A stretch of DNA of 64,000 nucleotides. Source: Bryobacteraceae bacterium (GTDB lineage Bacteria > Acidobacteriota > Terriglobia > Bryobacterales > Bryobacteraceae). Below the pieces are notes generated by a model. The model did no database searches. It was not told where the DNA came from and saw only the letters and a program-made list of their open reading frames with translations. The stretch is from the NCBI GenBank assembly GCA_051003795.1, contig JBPCKZ010000152.1, positions 7,520 to 71,519 on the forward strand, read 5' to 3'. The translations under genes were made by a program, and so were the position numbers. Of the stretch, positions 1 to 10,417 are shown one piece after another (positions within the stretch are counted from its first letter, which is position 1; each line of letters starts with the position of its first letter).

Positions 1-81
1 GCGATCCTCGCCATCATGGCGCTGTTTTGCTCCGCGATCACGTGGGCGGCTCACGCCAGGCTGCGGTATCTTCTGCAATGA
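1..81 (+). CDS. C-terminal end of an upstream membrane-protein gene (partial; begins before the window)
   Basis: Frame 1 is open from base 1 (AILAIMALFCSAITWAAHARLRYLLQ) to TGA 79-81. The stop overlaps the hemA ATG as ATGA (78-81). Too short to name. Confidence 0.35.
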   Translation, partial: AILAIMALFCSAITWAAHARLRYLLQ

Positions 82-1322
82 AACTCTTGCTCGCCGGCGT
101 CAGCCATAAGACCGCGCCGGTCGAAGTGAGGGAGCGGCTGGCGTTTCCGGAAGCCCGCCTTGCGCCCGCGGTACGCGCGCTCAAGCAGCGGGAGGGCATT
201 GCCGAAGCGGTAATTCTCTCGACGTGTAATCGCGTCGAGATCACGGTTTGCACCAATGACGATTGCGACGCCGGTCCGGCCATCGAATCGCTTTTATCCG
301 AATCTTTCGGACCCTATATTTACCGGCATGAGGGGCGCGAAGCCATCCATCATCTGTTCCGGGTGGCGTCCAGCCTGGAATCGATGATTGTTGGCGAGCC
401 GCAAATTCTCGGACAGATGAAAGCCGCGTACAACATTTCGAAATCCGAAGGCGCGGTGAGCGGGCTGCTCGATAACGTGTTCACGCGCGCCTTCAGCGTG
501 GCGAAGCGCGTACGCTCGGAAACGGGCATCGGCCAGATGGCCGTGTCGGTGAGCTACGCGGCCGTCGAACTGGCCCGCAAGATTTTCGGCTCGCTGGCCG
601 GGCATACCGTCATGATCGCGGGCGGCGGCAAGATGTCGGAACTCGCCGCGCGGCATTTGCGGAGGTCGGGCGCCTCCCGCATTTTCGTGACGAACCGGAC
701 GCACCAACGCGCGGTTGAGCTTGCCCAATTGTTTCAGGGAACCGCCATCGAGTACAGCCGCTTTCCCGGCATGCTGCCGGAGATCGATATTCTGATCGCC
801 TCGAGCGGCGCGCCCCATTACATCCTGGTGAAAGAGGACGTTCAACGCGCGATTAGCGCGCGCAAGAACAAACCTATGTTTCTGATCGACATCGCCGTGC
901 CGCGCAACATCGAGCCCGCGGTGAACAAAGTCGATAACGTTTTCTTGTACGACATCGACGACCTGCAGGGCGTGGTAAACGCGAACTTGCGCGAGCGCAT
1001 GAAGGAAGCCGAGTGCGCCGAGGCGATTGTCGCGCAGGAAGTGGAGCGCATGGTGGGCCGGCTCCGTGTCCAGGAGATTGCCCCCACGATCGTCAGTCTA
1101 CAAGAGCAGCTCGAAGAGATCCGGGCCGGCGAAGTAGCGCGAACCATGAGAAAGCTAGGGCCGCTTACGCTTGAACAACGCGAAGCCATTGACGCGCTCA
1201 CGCGTTCGATCGTGAACAAGATCGCGCACGGGCCGATTTCGGAATTGCGCAAGCAGGCGAGCGAGCCCGAAGGCGTGCAGATTATCGAAACGATCCGAAG
1301 AGTGTTTCACCTGCAGGATTGA
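78..1322 (+). CDS. hemA: glutamyl-tRNA reductase
   Basis: N-terminus MKLLLAGVSHKTAPVEVRERLAF, catalytic-Cys region ILSTCNRVEI and NADPH-binding GGGKMSELAARHL are hemA hallmarks. Start moved from 27 to ATG 78 (M18), which couples to the upstream stop. Confidence 0.93.
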   Translation: MKLLLAGVSHKTAPVEVRERLAFPEARLAPAVRALKQREGIAEAVILSTCNRVEITVCTNDDCDAGPAIESLLSESFGPYIYRHEGREAIHHLFRVASSLESMIVGEPQILGQMKAAYNISKSEGAVSGLLDNVFTRAFSVAKRVRSETGIGQMAVSVSYAAVELARKIFGSLAGHTVMIAGGGKMSELAARHLRRSGASRIFVTNRTHQRAVELAQLFQGTAIEYSRFPGMLPEIDILIASSGAPHYILVKEDVQRAISARKNKPMFLIDIAVPRNIEPAVNKVDNVFLYDIDDLQGVVNANLRERMKEAECAEAIVAQEVERMVGRLRVQEIAPTIVSLQEQLEEIRAGEVARTMRKLGPLTLEQREAIDALTRSIVNKIAHGPISELRKQASEPEGVQIIETIRRVFHLQD

Positions 1323-1357
1323 TCGATGCAGGATTGATCGATGCAGGATTGATCGTG
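1313..1357. repeat. 15-bp tandem repeat x3 (GCAGGATTGATCGAT, third copy ...CGTG) spanning the hemA stop codon
   Basis: Read directly: gcaggattgatcgat gcaggattgatcgat gcaggattgatcgtg. Each unit contains the TGA. Confidence 0.9.
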
Positions 1358-1443
1358 CGATTCGCGGCCAAGCGGTCTGCTTGCCGGCGTGGCGATTCCA
1401 GTCCGCTTTAACGTTGCCGGCGCGAGGGCATATACTGCTTTGC

Positions 1444-2832
1444 ATGGATCGCTTTCGCATGGATCGCCTTCGCGTGGACCGCCGCCGTTTTCTGCAAACC
1501 GCCGCCGCCGGCTTGGCCCTCTCGTCGAGTCGCGCGCATGCCGACCAGAAGCCCAAACGCGTGGGTCTAATCGGCTGCGGCTGGTACGGCAAGGCCGATC
1601 TGTTTCGTCTGATTCAAATCGCTCCGGTGGAAGTGGTTTCGCTCTGCGATGTCGATTCGAATATGCTGTCCCAGGCCGCGGACATGACCGCCGCTCGTCA
1701 AGCGTCGAAAAAACGGCCGCGCGCTTACAGCGATTACCGCGAGATGCTGAAGGAAAAAGATCTCGACATAGTCGAGGTCGCGACGCCCGATCACTGGCAC
1801 GCGCTCGCGACGATCGAAGCCGTCAAATCCGGCGCGGATGTTTACTGCCAGAAACCGATCAGCGTCGATATCGTGGAGAGTCAAGCCATGCTGGCCGCCG
1901 CGCGCAAATACGATCGCGTGGTGCAGGTGGGAATGCAGCGCCGCAGTACGCCGCACATCGTTGAAGCGCGGGATCGCTTCACCAAGCCAGGCAAGCTCGG
2001 TCCGCTGGGTACCGTCGGCTTAGTCGAAATCTACTGCTATTACCATATGCGCGCGTCCGAAAATCCACCCGACACCACGCCGCCGCCGAATTTAGATTAC
2101 GAGATGTGGACCGGCCCCGCGCCCATGCGGCCTTACAACAAGCTGGTGCATCCGCGGACCTGGCGGGCATTCATGGAATACGGCAACGGAATTGTCGGCG
2201 ACATGGCCATCCACATGTTCGACATGACGCGATGGATGATGGACCTCGGCTGGCCCAAGCGCGTCTCAGCCGAAGGCGGAATTTTAGTTGACAAAAATAG
2301 CAAGGCCGACATTTCCGATACTCAGACGGCGAGTTTCGATTATGACGATGTGAAAATCGTCTGGCAGCACCGTACTTGGGGGCAAGCTCCGGACCCTCAG
2401 TACCCATGGGGCGCGACGTTCTATGGCGATAAAGGAACCCTGCGCGTCGGCGTTTTCGGTTATGACTTCACGCCCGCCGATACAAGCGGCAAGAGCGGCA
2501 AGCCGGTTCATCGCGATGTAACTTACGAGCTGGAGCAGTATCCCGAAGACAAGACCGAGAAGGATCTGGAGAAACATGTCGCGCCGGCCATTCGCTACCA
2601 CATGAAAAACTTTCTGGCCGCAATCGATTCGCGCGGGAAGCCAGTCGCGGATATTGAACAGGGCTACATCTCGACGGCCAGTTGCATTCTGGCGAATCAA
2701 TCGATGAAGTGCGGCCGGACCCTAACCTGGGACGCGGCGAAACAGCGGATCGTCGACGATGAAGAGGCCGATAGCTTGATGCGGCGGCCTTACCGGCAGC
2801 CGTGGATTCACCCCGACCCGGAAACCGTCTAG
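1444..2832 (+). CDS. Gfo/Idh/MocA-family oxidoreductase with twin-arginine (Tat) signal
   Basis: RRRFLQTAAAGLALSSSRAHA Tat signal, then Rossmann GLIGCGWYGK and YCQKPIS (EKP-like) motif. Start set at ATG 1444 (MDRFRMDRLRVDRRRFLQ); TTG 1381 is possible but less likely. Confidence 0.85.
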   Translation: MDRFRMDRLRVDRRRFLQTAAAGLALSSSRAHADQKPKRVGLIGCGWYGKADLFRLIQIAPVEVVSLCDVDSNMLSQAADMTAARQASKKRPRAYSDYREMLKEKDLDIVEVATPDHWHALATIEAVKSGADVYCQKPISVDIVESQAMLAAARKYDRVVQVGMQRRSTPHIVEARDRFTKPGKLGPLGTVGLVEIYCYYHMRASENPPDTTPPPNLDYEMWTGPAPMRPYNKLVHPRTWRAFMEYGNGIVGDMAIHMFDMTRWMMDLGWPKRVSAEGGILVDKNSKADISDTQTASFDYDDVKIVWQHRTWGQAPDPQYPWGATFYGDKGTLRVGVFGYDFTPADTSGKSGKPVHRDVTYELEQYPEDKTEKDLEKHVAPAIRYHMKNFLAAIDSRGKPVADIEQGYISTASCILANQSMKCGRTLTWDAAKQRIVDDEEADSLMRRPYRQPWIHPDPETV

Positions 2833-3116
2833 CGGGTTAGGTGGTACTAAAGCAAGATTCGGACTGCGTACCCTGCTTTGAAACTCGACCACGCTAAGGG
2901 AGGGCTGGTGCCGCATTCTTCGCTTGTTCCTATCGCTCCCGCTGCTAAAAAACTGAAAGCTGGGGGCTCTAGTCCCTGAAGTTACTATGTCGTCACAACT
3001 GTTCTCTATGTTGGCGATTTACAGTCAGGTTCATTCGGACACGCTTTGAACGCGTCTTGTTCTCATTGTTTAGTCCTGATTTACTTTGAGCAGATAACGC
3101 AACCCGTCCGGTGCTT

Positions 3117-3359
3117 TCAACGGAATAGTTCTGGGTTCTTCCCTCTGACCAATGCCTCTATACTAACTGCGCCGGACGCAAGCTCTATGACCTCAGACGC
3201 AAGTAGCCCAATATCATGCTCTGGCAAATTCACGCCTGGTATCGCTTTTAACTGCGGCTGAGCGGCAACAACGTAGATTAGCTTTCCGCTTGCTTCGACG
3301 TAGGATTCCAACAATCCGTATTGCTTCTTCACGATTTTCAACGCTTCATCTATTGTCAT
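3117..3359 (-). CDS. hypothetical small protein
   Basis: ORF in a low-GC islet. Start placed at ATG 3359 (MTIDEALKIVKK...), giving a 14-nt overlap with the upstream ORF. No recognisable motif. Confidence 0.3.
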   Translation of the reverse strand: MTIDEALKIVKKQYGLLESYVEASGKLIYVVAAQPQLKAIPGVNLPEHDIGLLASEVIELASGAVSIEALVRGKNPELFR

Positions 3360-3876
3360 GCTGTCTTTTCCAGAAATGCGGATTATCGAAGAAATACCGC
3401 ACCCACATGCAAGCAAAAGGAAAAGTGAACGTCCACCGCGCTCGATTCAGGCCTGAATCATTCTTCTTCACCTCTCCATCCACGATGAAATGACTAAAGA
3501 ATTTTGCCCGGTTCGGCCCCGCGTAGCTCATGATTATTTCGAAATGAGTGAGGAAGGCAACGTCGGCAGATTCGCTTCCAACATCAATTTCACACTTCTC
3601 TCCCGGCTTCAGCGACGAAATACGTTTGTCGAGGTGCGACTCATAGCCGGGCGGGATCGTGGCGTTGTACTCCCTGATTTCCCATTCAATGCTCTGAGCG
3701 ACTTTGTCGCCGACATTTTCAATTTCGAGAACCTGTGGGTACTTATCATCCCCCCGCGCCGTGTTCCGGTTGGTGAGAGAAATATTTGGCCCCGGTACGG
3801 CGAAGACCTGAAGTTTCCGAAGTTTCCAGATTAAGCCTCCTCCGAAAACAACTCCAACAAGCTCCTGAGCACTCAT
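3346..3876 (-). CDS. hypothetical protein with N-terminal hydrophobic segment
   Basis: 176-codon ORF with LVGVVFGGGLIW near the N-terminus. Low-GC, no recognisable family. Confidence 0.4.
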   Translation of the reverse strand: MSAQELVGVVFGGGLIWKLRKLQVFAVPGPNISLTNRNTARGDDKYPQVLEIENVGDKVAQSIEWEIREYNATIPPGYESHLDKRISSLKPGEKCEIDVGSESADVAFLTHFEIIMSYAGPNRAKFFSHFIVDGEVKKNDSGLNRARWTFTFPFACMWVRYFFDNPHFWKRQHDNR

Positions 3877-4064
3877 AACCTAATGTTACCTTCCAACGCC
3901 CGGTAAAGCGTGACGCGGCCCACGGTTCAAGAGGCGATTCTCGCCGATTCGTCGTTTCTCGGAAAGGCTCTCCCCCGGCTTGCACCGAAAACCAAGGGAT
4001 TTTTGAAACTGTTTGACGCGCATTCTCATCGTACAGAATATCGGTATCCGACGTTCGATCGAAT

Positions 4065-4814
4065 TTGAACTCCATGGGCCACCTCACAAACCGAAATCGT
4101 CTCCTCGGGATCGTTTTCCTGCTGGCGTTGGGACCGCTATCGCGCGCGTCGTTTTGCCAGCAGGCAAACACCACGGAGAACACCCCGGCAGCCACCACGG
4201 CAGCCACCACGCCGGAACCTCCGAATAAGCGGATTTTCTGGATTATTCCGAATTTCCGGTCCTCTCCGGTTCTAATCGAGTACAAACCGCTGACGCCGAA
4301 AGAGAAGTTCAAGATTGCCACGCTGGATTCTTTCGATCGCGGAACCGTGGCGCTTGGCGCGGCCTTCGCCGGCGAATCGCAATTGAGTAACTCAAATCCA
4401 TCGTTCGGCCAGGGAGTGAAAGGCTACGCCCATTACTTTGCCACGGCCTACACGGATTTCGTGGTCGGCGACTTTATGACCGAGGGCATCTATCCAGCGC
4501 TTTTGCACCAGGATCCTCGCTATTTCCGGCGTGGGAAGGGAAGCGCGTTATCGCGCCTTGGATATTCCGCGGGTCAGATCTTTTGGACGCATAAAGATTC
4601 GGGCGGTGGGCAATTCAATTTCTCGGAGGTCGTGGGCAACTCGACCGCCGTCGCGATTTCAATGGCTTACTACCCGGAGAACCGCAGCGCCGCGGACGGC
4701 GTCTCGAAACTTGGAAACCAGCTTGCGGTCGATATGGTCTCCAATATCCTGAAGGAATTCTGGCCCGATCTGGACCGCAAATTTAGCCGGAAACATCACG
4801 CCGAAGCGCCCTGA
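4065..4814 (+). CDS. hypothetical secreted/membrane-associated protein
   Basis: Signal-like LLGIVFLLALGPLSRASFCQ, T/A/P-rich linker, then a conserved-looking body (DPRYFRRGKG, GNSTAVAISMAYYPE). Family not recognised. Confidence 0.6.
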   Translation: MNSMGHLTNRNRLLGIVFLLALGPLSRASFCQQANTTENTPAATTAATTPEPPNKRIFWIIPNFRSSPVLIEYKPLTPKEKFKIATLDSFDRGTVALGAAFAGESQLSNSNPSFGQGVKGYAHYFATAYTDFVVGDFMTEGIYPALLHQDPRYFRRGKGSALSRLGYSAGQIFWTHKDSGGGQFNFSEVVGNSTAVAISMAYYPENRSAADGVSKLGNQLAVDMVSNILKEFWPDLDRKFSRKHHAEAP

Positions 4815-4821
4815 TGTTGGT

Positions 4822-6882
4822 TTAGTGAAAGGCGACCCACACCGAGTTAGCCGCCTGGCCGTCAACCGTCAGCGACACGGTTAGGCGCCCCCGCCCCTTC
4901 AGCATGGCCGTTGGAAGCTGCACGTTCACCTGATCGAGTCCGGCGTATTGTCCCTGCGGTCCCGCGAACAGCACGGTGCCGGCGACGTTGCCGATCGATA
5001 CATTGACGGTGTTGAGCGATGTGCGGCCGCTAATGCCGGTGCCGTAGAGTTGCAGAAAGAGCCGGTCTGAATCCGGGCCAAAGTCGATCGAAACTGGCGT
5101 GCAATTGCGGCCGTTCGAATCGCATTGCGCCACGTTCTCGAAACTCTGGCTCCCATCGGAATGAACGCGCTGCACTAGCGCCGCCGCCACGCCCGCGCCA
5201 TTCTGGTTGGCTGTGTACAAACCGGGAGCGACGGCCGCGATCATGGCAATTCCCGATCCGGTCGTCGTTCCGTTGTTGGCGATCGTGACCGCGGCCACGC
5301 CGCCGGAGGTTCCGTCCGGGATTTGGTAATTGACCTGCGTGGGGGAAACGAAAAACAGCGGCGCAATCCGCTCCGTGCCGGCGCTGTCCTTCACCTTCAC
5401 CATCGCATTCAGCAGCGTTGGGCGAAGGGGGAGCGATGGCGCGCCCAGCGTTCCGCCCGCCAGATTTGTTCCGAAAGCCGACGCGATCGCTCCGGGCGCC
5501 AGCGAGTAACTGTTGTTCGCCGACGACACGGTCGAGAGCGCGTTCGCCGGATGCGCCAAAGTCTGCGGAACGGGCGGATATTTATCGCCCGCCGGTTTCA
5601 ACACCATGGGAATCCGGGGCGATTGCGTGAAATCGAACGAGTCGATCATGTCGCCCGCCGTGCTGTCGCGCGCCGTCATCGGCGTGACGCCAAAGCGTTC
5701 TTCGACGATCCTTAGCCAGGATTCGAACGAGTAGGTCTTGTGATCCACGAAATTCTGACGCGCGTAGGGGCTGATTACCAAACCGGGCACGCGGATGCCC
5801 AGCCCGTACTGATCCACTTGCGGCGGGTTTACGTGGTCGTAGAAGCCGCCCCAATCGTCCCAGCTCAGGAAAATCGCGGTCGTGTTCCAGTTCGGTCCCT
5901 GCATGATGGCGTTGATTACGCCGGTAACGTACTCTTGGCCCGCTTTGAGACCGCCGGGGGGATGTTCGCTCACGGCGCCGCTCGGAATTACCCAGCTTAC
6001 CTGCGGCAAAGTGCCGTTCTTGGCGTCTAAGTAAAGCTGCGTGACGTCCACCAGGCGGCTGAACTGGGCTGGATCGTTCTTCACGGCCGGAAATGCCGGG
6101 AGCGGATTCCAGAGCGTGTATTTATCGGGCGCCTGCTGCTGTTGGGATTGCGATCCAACCACTTCGCCGTCCTCGGTATCGGGAGAAGTGCCGGATGTAA
6201 CATAATATTTCCAATCGATCTTGCCGCTCTGGAGCAACTCGGTGATCTCGGGGAAGTTGTAGGTGGTCGGCCTCGCCTGTCCCGTGCTCGCGACGTAGCC
6301 GCCGCTCTGCGCCGCCAACATGTAGAGGTGCGCGGGCAGGCTATAGGAAGCCACCGATTCGAACATACGGTCTTGCAGCACGTACTGATTCGCGTAGGCC
6401 CAGTAGTTCGGCAACTCATTCCAATCGTGCCAGCCCATCACGTCGCGCGGATCCTTTCCCGGGGTGCACTGCGGGTTGGGCGGCTTGCAAGCTTCTCCGC
6501 CGACATTGCTTTTCCCTTGAAAAGATTGCCCGAGGAACCCATCCATCACGCCGCTATTAATATCCGCGTGGGCGTTATTCCAGCCGTGAGGACCGCCGCG
6601 GTTCACGTCGTTGGCGTCGTGAAAGGTCTGCACGCAACCCGTAAGCTCCGGCGCCGATTCGCAGATATTCGGGGGTAGCCCGTCCACGTTCGGGTAGGTG
6701 CCGAAATAATGATCGAAACTGCGGTTCTCCTGCATGATGAAGACGAAGTGCTGGATTTTCTCGAGACCTGGAGGAGCGATCAATTGGACGGCGCGCGAAC
6801 GTTTCGACCCGACGGTAAGGAAAAACGCGGCGAGCGCGAGGACGGCCGCCGCGGGAAAAAGAATTCTCTTGCGTTTCAGCAT
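4822..6882 (-). CDS. phosphoesterase-family protein (phospholipase C / AcpA-type acid phosphatase) with Solibacter-type C-terminal domain
   Basis: [19 protein letters not shown] and [10 protein letters not shown] motifs, plus a signal peptide. The C-terminal ~200 aa has the QVNYQIP ... LYGTGISG ... [11 protein letters not shown] pattern seen in acidobacterial C-terminal domains. Confidence 0.85.
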   Translation of the reverse strand: MLKRKRILFPAAAVLALAAFFLTVGSKRSRAVQLIAPPGLEKIQHFVFIMQENRSFDHYFGTYPNVDGLPPNICESAPELTGCVQTFHDANDVNRGGPHGWNNAHADINSGVMDGFLGQSFQGKSNVGGEACKPPNPQCTPGKDPRDVMGWHDWNELPNYWAYANQYVLQDRMFESVASYSLPAHLYMLAAQSGGYVASTGQARPTTYNFPEITELLQSGKIDWKYYVTSGTSPDTEDGEVVGSQSQQQQAPDKYTLWNPLPAFPAVKNDPAQFSRLVDVTQLYLDAKNGTLPQVSWVIPSGAVSEHPPGGLKAGQEYVTGVINAIMQGPNWNTTAIFLSWDDWGGFYDHVNPPQVDQYGLGIRVPGLVISPYARQNFVDHKTYSFESWLRIVEERFGVTPMTARDSTAGDMIDSFDFTQSPRIPMVLKPAGDKYPPVPQTLAHPANALSTVSSANNSYSLAPGAIASAFGTNLAGGTLGAPSLPLRPTLLNAMVKVKDSAGTERIAPLFFVSPTQVNYQIPDGTSGGVAAVTIANNGTTTGSGIAMIAAVAPGLYTANQNGAGVAAALVQRVHSDGSQSFENVAQCDSNGRNCTPVSIDFGPDSDRLFLQLYGTGISGRTSLNTVNVSIGNVAGTVLFAGPQGQYAGLDQVNVQLPTAMLKGRGRLTVSLTVDGQAANSVWVAFH

Positions 6883-7169
6883 TATGTTTCCATCTTGTTT
6901 AACACAAAACGCGCGAGAGGTTTCGATTTAATTAATAATAACCCATGCGTTCCGCGTGAGCGGGGGCCAATCGAGGCCTCGGCCCGACCCCGTGGAGGGA
7001 TTAGGCAGCTATATAGTCAACGGCGCCGGCGATCGCAATTGTGCCACGACTGGCGGGGCAAGCCGCTCATCGGTTATCCATTGACACCGGGCTGGATCGA
7101 AGGCAATAATAACTCTGCTGGTCGGATATCACCGTAACGGTTCCGAAATATCGAGGAAATGTATCTTAA

Positions 7170-9725
7170 ATGATTAATCGTCTGCCACGTTTGCACGGAA
7201 TTTCAACTTTTGCTGCCTTAACGCTCACCACTTTCGTTATTGCCGGCACGCTTACTGCCCAGGATGAGCGGAAACTGCATCATGTTCATCCCTGGGTCCC
7301 GAATTCCAGCGTTTCCAACAATCATTCGATTCAGACGCTGCAGCCATCAGTTGCGCCGAGGCCGCTGAACTCAACGTCTTGGGTCAACATCGGACCCGCA
7401 CCGGTCACAGCCGATCCCACGAGCGAGGCGACACCCGATAGTGGCCGAGTCAATGGCATCGCTGCTCACCCGACGGACCCCAACACGATTTACGTGGCAG
7501 CAGCCGGCGGCGGCGTGTGGAAAACGATTAATGGCGGGACGACGTGGGCTCCGCTCACCGATACTCAAAAAACCTTGGCGATGGGCGCCCTCGCCATGGC
7601 TCCTAGTGATTCGAATGTCCTCTATGCCGGAACTGGCGAGCCTGATAGTGGAGGCGATTTCGGCCGGGGAGTTCTGGTCACCACCGACGGCGGAGCCAAT
7701 TGGACTCTGCAGACCAATAATGGCGTATTCGATCGGGTAGAGGTGTCGGAGATTGCTATCGATCCGAACAATGCGAAGGTGGCTTACGTGGCTACCTCGT
7801 CTTGTTGCGGCACGAACACGGACTCCAGCAAAGTTAGCGGCGTATATAAAACGATGAACGGCGGAGCCACCTGGACCAACACAACGAGAACAGTCTCCAC
7901 AGTCTCATGGTCAAGCGTTCGAATTGACCCCGGCGGTCCCTCTACTCTATACGCCGCTGTCGGCGATACCAACGGTCGAGACGACAACGGCGTTTACAAG
8001 ACAACAAACGGAGGGGGCACCTGGACTAAGCTGGCAAACGCGCCCTCCGGAGTACTGACGGGACGGATGGTGGTCGCGGTCTCTAAATCCGCCTCGTCAG
8101 TGGTGTACGTCTCGGCGGAGTCGCAGGCGGACGACTCTCTGTACAAGTTCATGCGCTCCGATGACGGCGGCGCGACGTTCACGGACTTGACGCCTGGAAC
8201 TCCGAATTATTTGGGCCACCAGGGAAATTTCGATACTACGCTGATTGTCGATCCGAAGAATTCGGCTATTGTGTACGCTGGCGGCGATTCGAATCCCAAT
8301 GGCCTGATCAGGTCCACGGACAGCGGCAAAACGTGGAAAGATATCTCCGGGACTAGCAGCAACGGCGCAAATGGACCGCATGTAGATCACCACTCGTCGG
8401 CTTTCGATGCCAACGGCAAGTTTCTCGACGGCGACGACGGAGGCATCTTCCGGTATGACCCCGCAGTAACAAATCGAACAAAGGCATGGACCGCGCTCCA
8501 AGGCAACCTGAGCACGGTTACGGTTGAAGGCATCGGGCTTCACCCCACCAACGACAAGATCGTGGTGGCTGGTACCCAGGACAACGGCGCGGTCAGGTAC
8601 AGCGGAAGTCTGGACTGGTCGGAGGTCACCTGCGGAGACGGCGGAAAGGTCCGGTTCAGCAAGCAAGACTCGTCCCGGGTATATATTCAATGCCCCCAAA
8701 CGCCGGACGGCTTCTTCCAGCGTTCCGATGATGCGGGGCTAACCTGGGCATTCAAGGTCAATGGCATCACGGATAATACGTCCTCCACACAGAATTTTTA
8801 TGCGCCCTTTGCCGTGGATCCCAATGGCGGCAACCGGGTTCTTTTCGGCGGAAAACACGTTTTTGAAACCACGGACGGGGGCGAAAATTGGACGGCGCTG
8901 GTGGGCTCCCCAAGCTGCGCTATGCCATCCTGCGGCGAATTCGCAAACAGAATTGACGCCCTCGATTTGTCGGCCAGCCACCCGAATACCATCTACGTGG
9001 CAGCGGGCCCGAATCTATTTGTCACGACGGACAACGGCAAAGTGTGGAACCAGCGTGACCTGCCGGTAGCCGGAAAGGTCACATCGATCCAGGTTTTTCC
9101 GGGCCACAACCTCCGCGCAGTTGTCACCATTGGCCAGTTTACAACGGGGGCCTACGTCTTCCATACGATCGATGGCGGGATGACGTGGACTGACATTACC
9201 GGCAACCTGCCCAAGCAGCCCGTCTTCTCCGCGCAATTCCATGGAGATTCTATTAAGACGCTCTATGTAGGCGCCGAGGATGGTGTTTACAAAACGACCG
9301 ATGCGGGGGGGACCTGGTTGCGGTTCGGTTCTGGATTGCCCAACGCGCAGGTGTTCGATATCCAGTTGGACACCGCACTGGGCTTGTTCGCGGCCGGTAC
9401 CTATGGCCGCGGTGTATGGGAGATCAAGCTCCCGCCGCCGACGACTACTTCGGTCTCGAATGAGGTGGGCACGCCCAACGAATTAATTACGTTGAAGGCC
9501 GACGTCAAGCCGGCGGGTGTGCCGGGCACGGTCAAATTCGAAGTGGACGGGGTAGCCATTCCAGGGACAGCTACTTATGACCGCACCACCGGGCATGCCG
9601 GGCAGGAGTACATAATCCCCGCATCGCTTTCCGTCGGAAAGCACCAGATCACGGCTGATTTCGTCAGCTCGAATGATTCGATCGGGGGAAATAGCGGGGG
9701 CGTCGGCGTGCTGACAGTAAAGTAG
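7170..9725 (+). CDS. secreted BNR/Asp-box repeat beta-propeller protein with C-terminal Ig-like domain
   Basis: About eleven S/T-x-D/N-x-G-x-T-W Asp-box motifs (TTDGGANW, KTMNGGATW, STDSGKTW, TTDGGENW, TIDGGMTW ...). Signal peptide. The last ~95 aa look like a bacterial Ig fold. Confidence 0.75.
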   Translation: MINRLPRLHGISTFAALTLTTFVIAGTLTAQDERKLHHVHPWVPNSSVSNNHSIQTLQPSVAPRPLNSTSWVNIGPAPVTADPTSEATPDSGRVNGIAAHPTDPNTIYVAAAGGGVWKTINGGTTWAPLTDTQKTLAMGALAMAPSDSNVLYAGTGEPDSGGDFGRGVLVTTDGGANWTLQTNNGVFDRVEVSEIAIDPNNAKVAYVATSSCCGTNTDSSKVSGVYKTMNGGATWTNTTRTVSTVSWSSVRIDPGGPSTLYAAVGDTNGRDDNGVYKTTNGGGTWTKLANAPSGVLTGRMVVAVSKSASSVVYVSAESQADDSLYKFMRSDDGGATFTDLTPGTPNYLGHQGNFDTTLIVDPKNSAIVYAGGDSNPNGLIRSTDSGKTWKDISGTSSNGANGPHVDHHSSAFDANGKFLDGDDGGIFRYDPAVTNRTKAWTALQGNLSTVTVEGIGLHPTNDKIVVAGTQDNGAVRYSGSLDWSEVTCGDGGKVRFSKQDSSRVYIQCPQTPDGFFQRSDDAGLTWAFKVNGITDNTSSTQNFYAPFAVDPNGGNRVLFGGKHVFETTDGGENWTALVGSPSCAMPSCGEFANRIDALDLSASHPNTIYVAAGPNLFVTTDNGKVWNQRDLPVAGKVTSIQVFPGHNLRAVVTIGQFTTGAYVFHTIDGGMTWTDITGNLPKQPVFSAQFHGDSIKTLYVGAEDGVYKTTDAGGTWLRFGSGLPNAQVFDIQLDTALGLFAAGTYGRGVWEIKLPPPTTTSVSNEVGTPNELITLKADVKPAGVPGTVKFEVDGVAIPGTATYDRTTGHAGQEYIIPASLSVGKHQITADFVSSNDSIGGNSGGVGVLTVK

Positions 9726-9746
9726 CGCTGATCGGGTAGAGTTAAA

Positions 9747-10301
9747 ATGTCCGTTATGATTGCGAAGCCAATCCTGAGGCTGGTCGCTCACAGTCTCCTG
9801 GCGCTTACAGTCGTAGTAACCTTTCGTCCGCGGCCGGCAACAGCCGCGGACCTTCCCTCGGGCCCCGGGGTTGCGTTCGCTATGGTCGGCGTTGCCTCGG
9901 GTCAGACAGCGCGAATCACTGCGCTGAATGCCGGGCCAGGCGGCCCGCTGTCGGCATCTGGGCTGGCGGAGGGAAGTTGTGCAGGTGGGGTAACGCTGGA
10001 ATTTTATGGTGCGGCGGGTGAACTGCTAAAGAGCAAGACCATTCCCAATCTTGCGCCGGGAAAGACCGCGCTCCTTAAGCTGAGGCGCGATGAGTTGCCG
10101 AAAAGTGTGCTCAGAACCGAAATTCGCGCTGTGCTCCGGTTCGGATACGCCGGAGGCGTGCCGCTGAGTCCCCGGAAAGAGCGGCTCTTCGAATGCAACA
10201 TCGCCCCGAGCCTTGAAATAATCGAAGAAGCTACCGGAAGAACCAGCCTCGTTTTGACGGACGCCAAGCTTTTGCCTGGACCCAATCCCCCGCGGAAGTA
10301 A
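9747..10301 (+). CDS. hypothetical secreted protein
   Basis: 184-codon ORF with signal-like LVAHSLLALTVVVTFRPRPATA. No recognisable family. Confidence 0.5.
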   Translation: MSVMIAKPILRLVAHSLLALTVVVTFRPRPATAADLPSGPGVAFAMVGVASGQTARITALNAGPGGPLSASGLAEGSCAGGVTLEFYGAAGELLKSKTIPNLAPGKTALLKLRRDELPKSVLRTEIRAVLRFGYAGGVPLSPRKERLFECNIAPSLEIIEEATGRTSLVLTDAKLLPGPNPPRK

Positions 10302-10417
10302 TCAGTCGGCCGCGACCCAGAGCTCCTCTAGAGTCAAACCTTAATGCCCAGAACTGACCGCCGTTTTATTCAGTTTTCGGCAAGCTTGATTGAAACGCTT
10401 CTTGTTTGATACTCCCG

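Noticed and set aside
3011-4050. Possible fourth, degenerate copy of the TIR element around the 2.9-4.1 kb low-GC islet.
   Set aside because: There are only partial matches (GGTTCATT core; TTTTGAAA..TTTGAC), with no inverted partner and no duplication. It is kept as a note in the findings, not as a feature.
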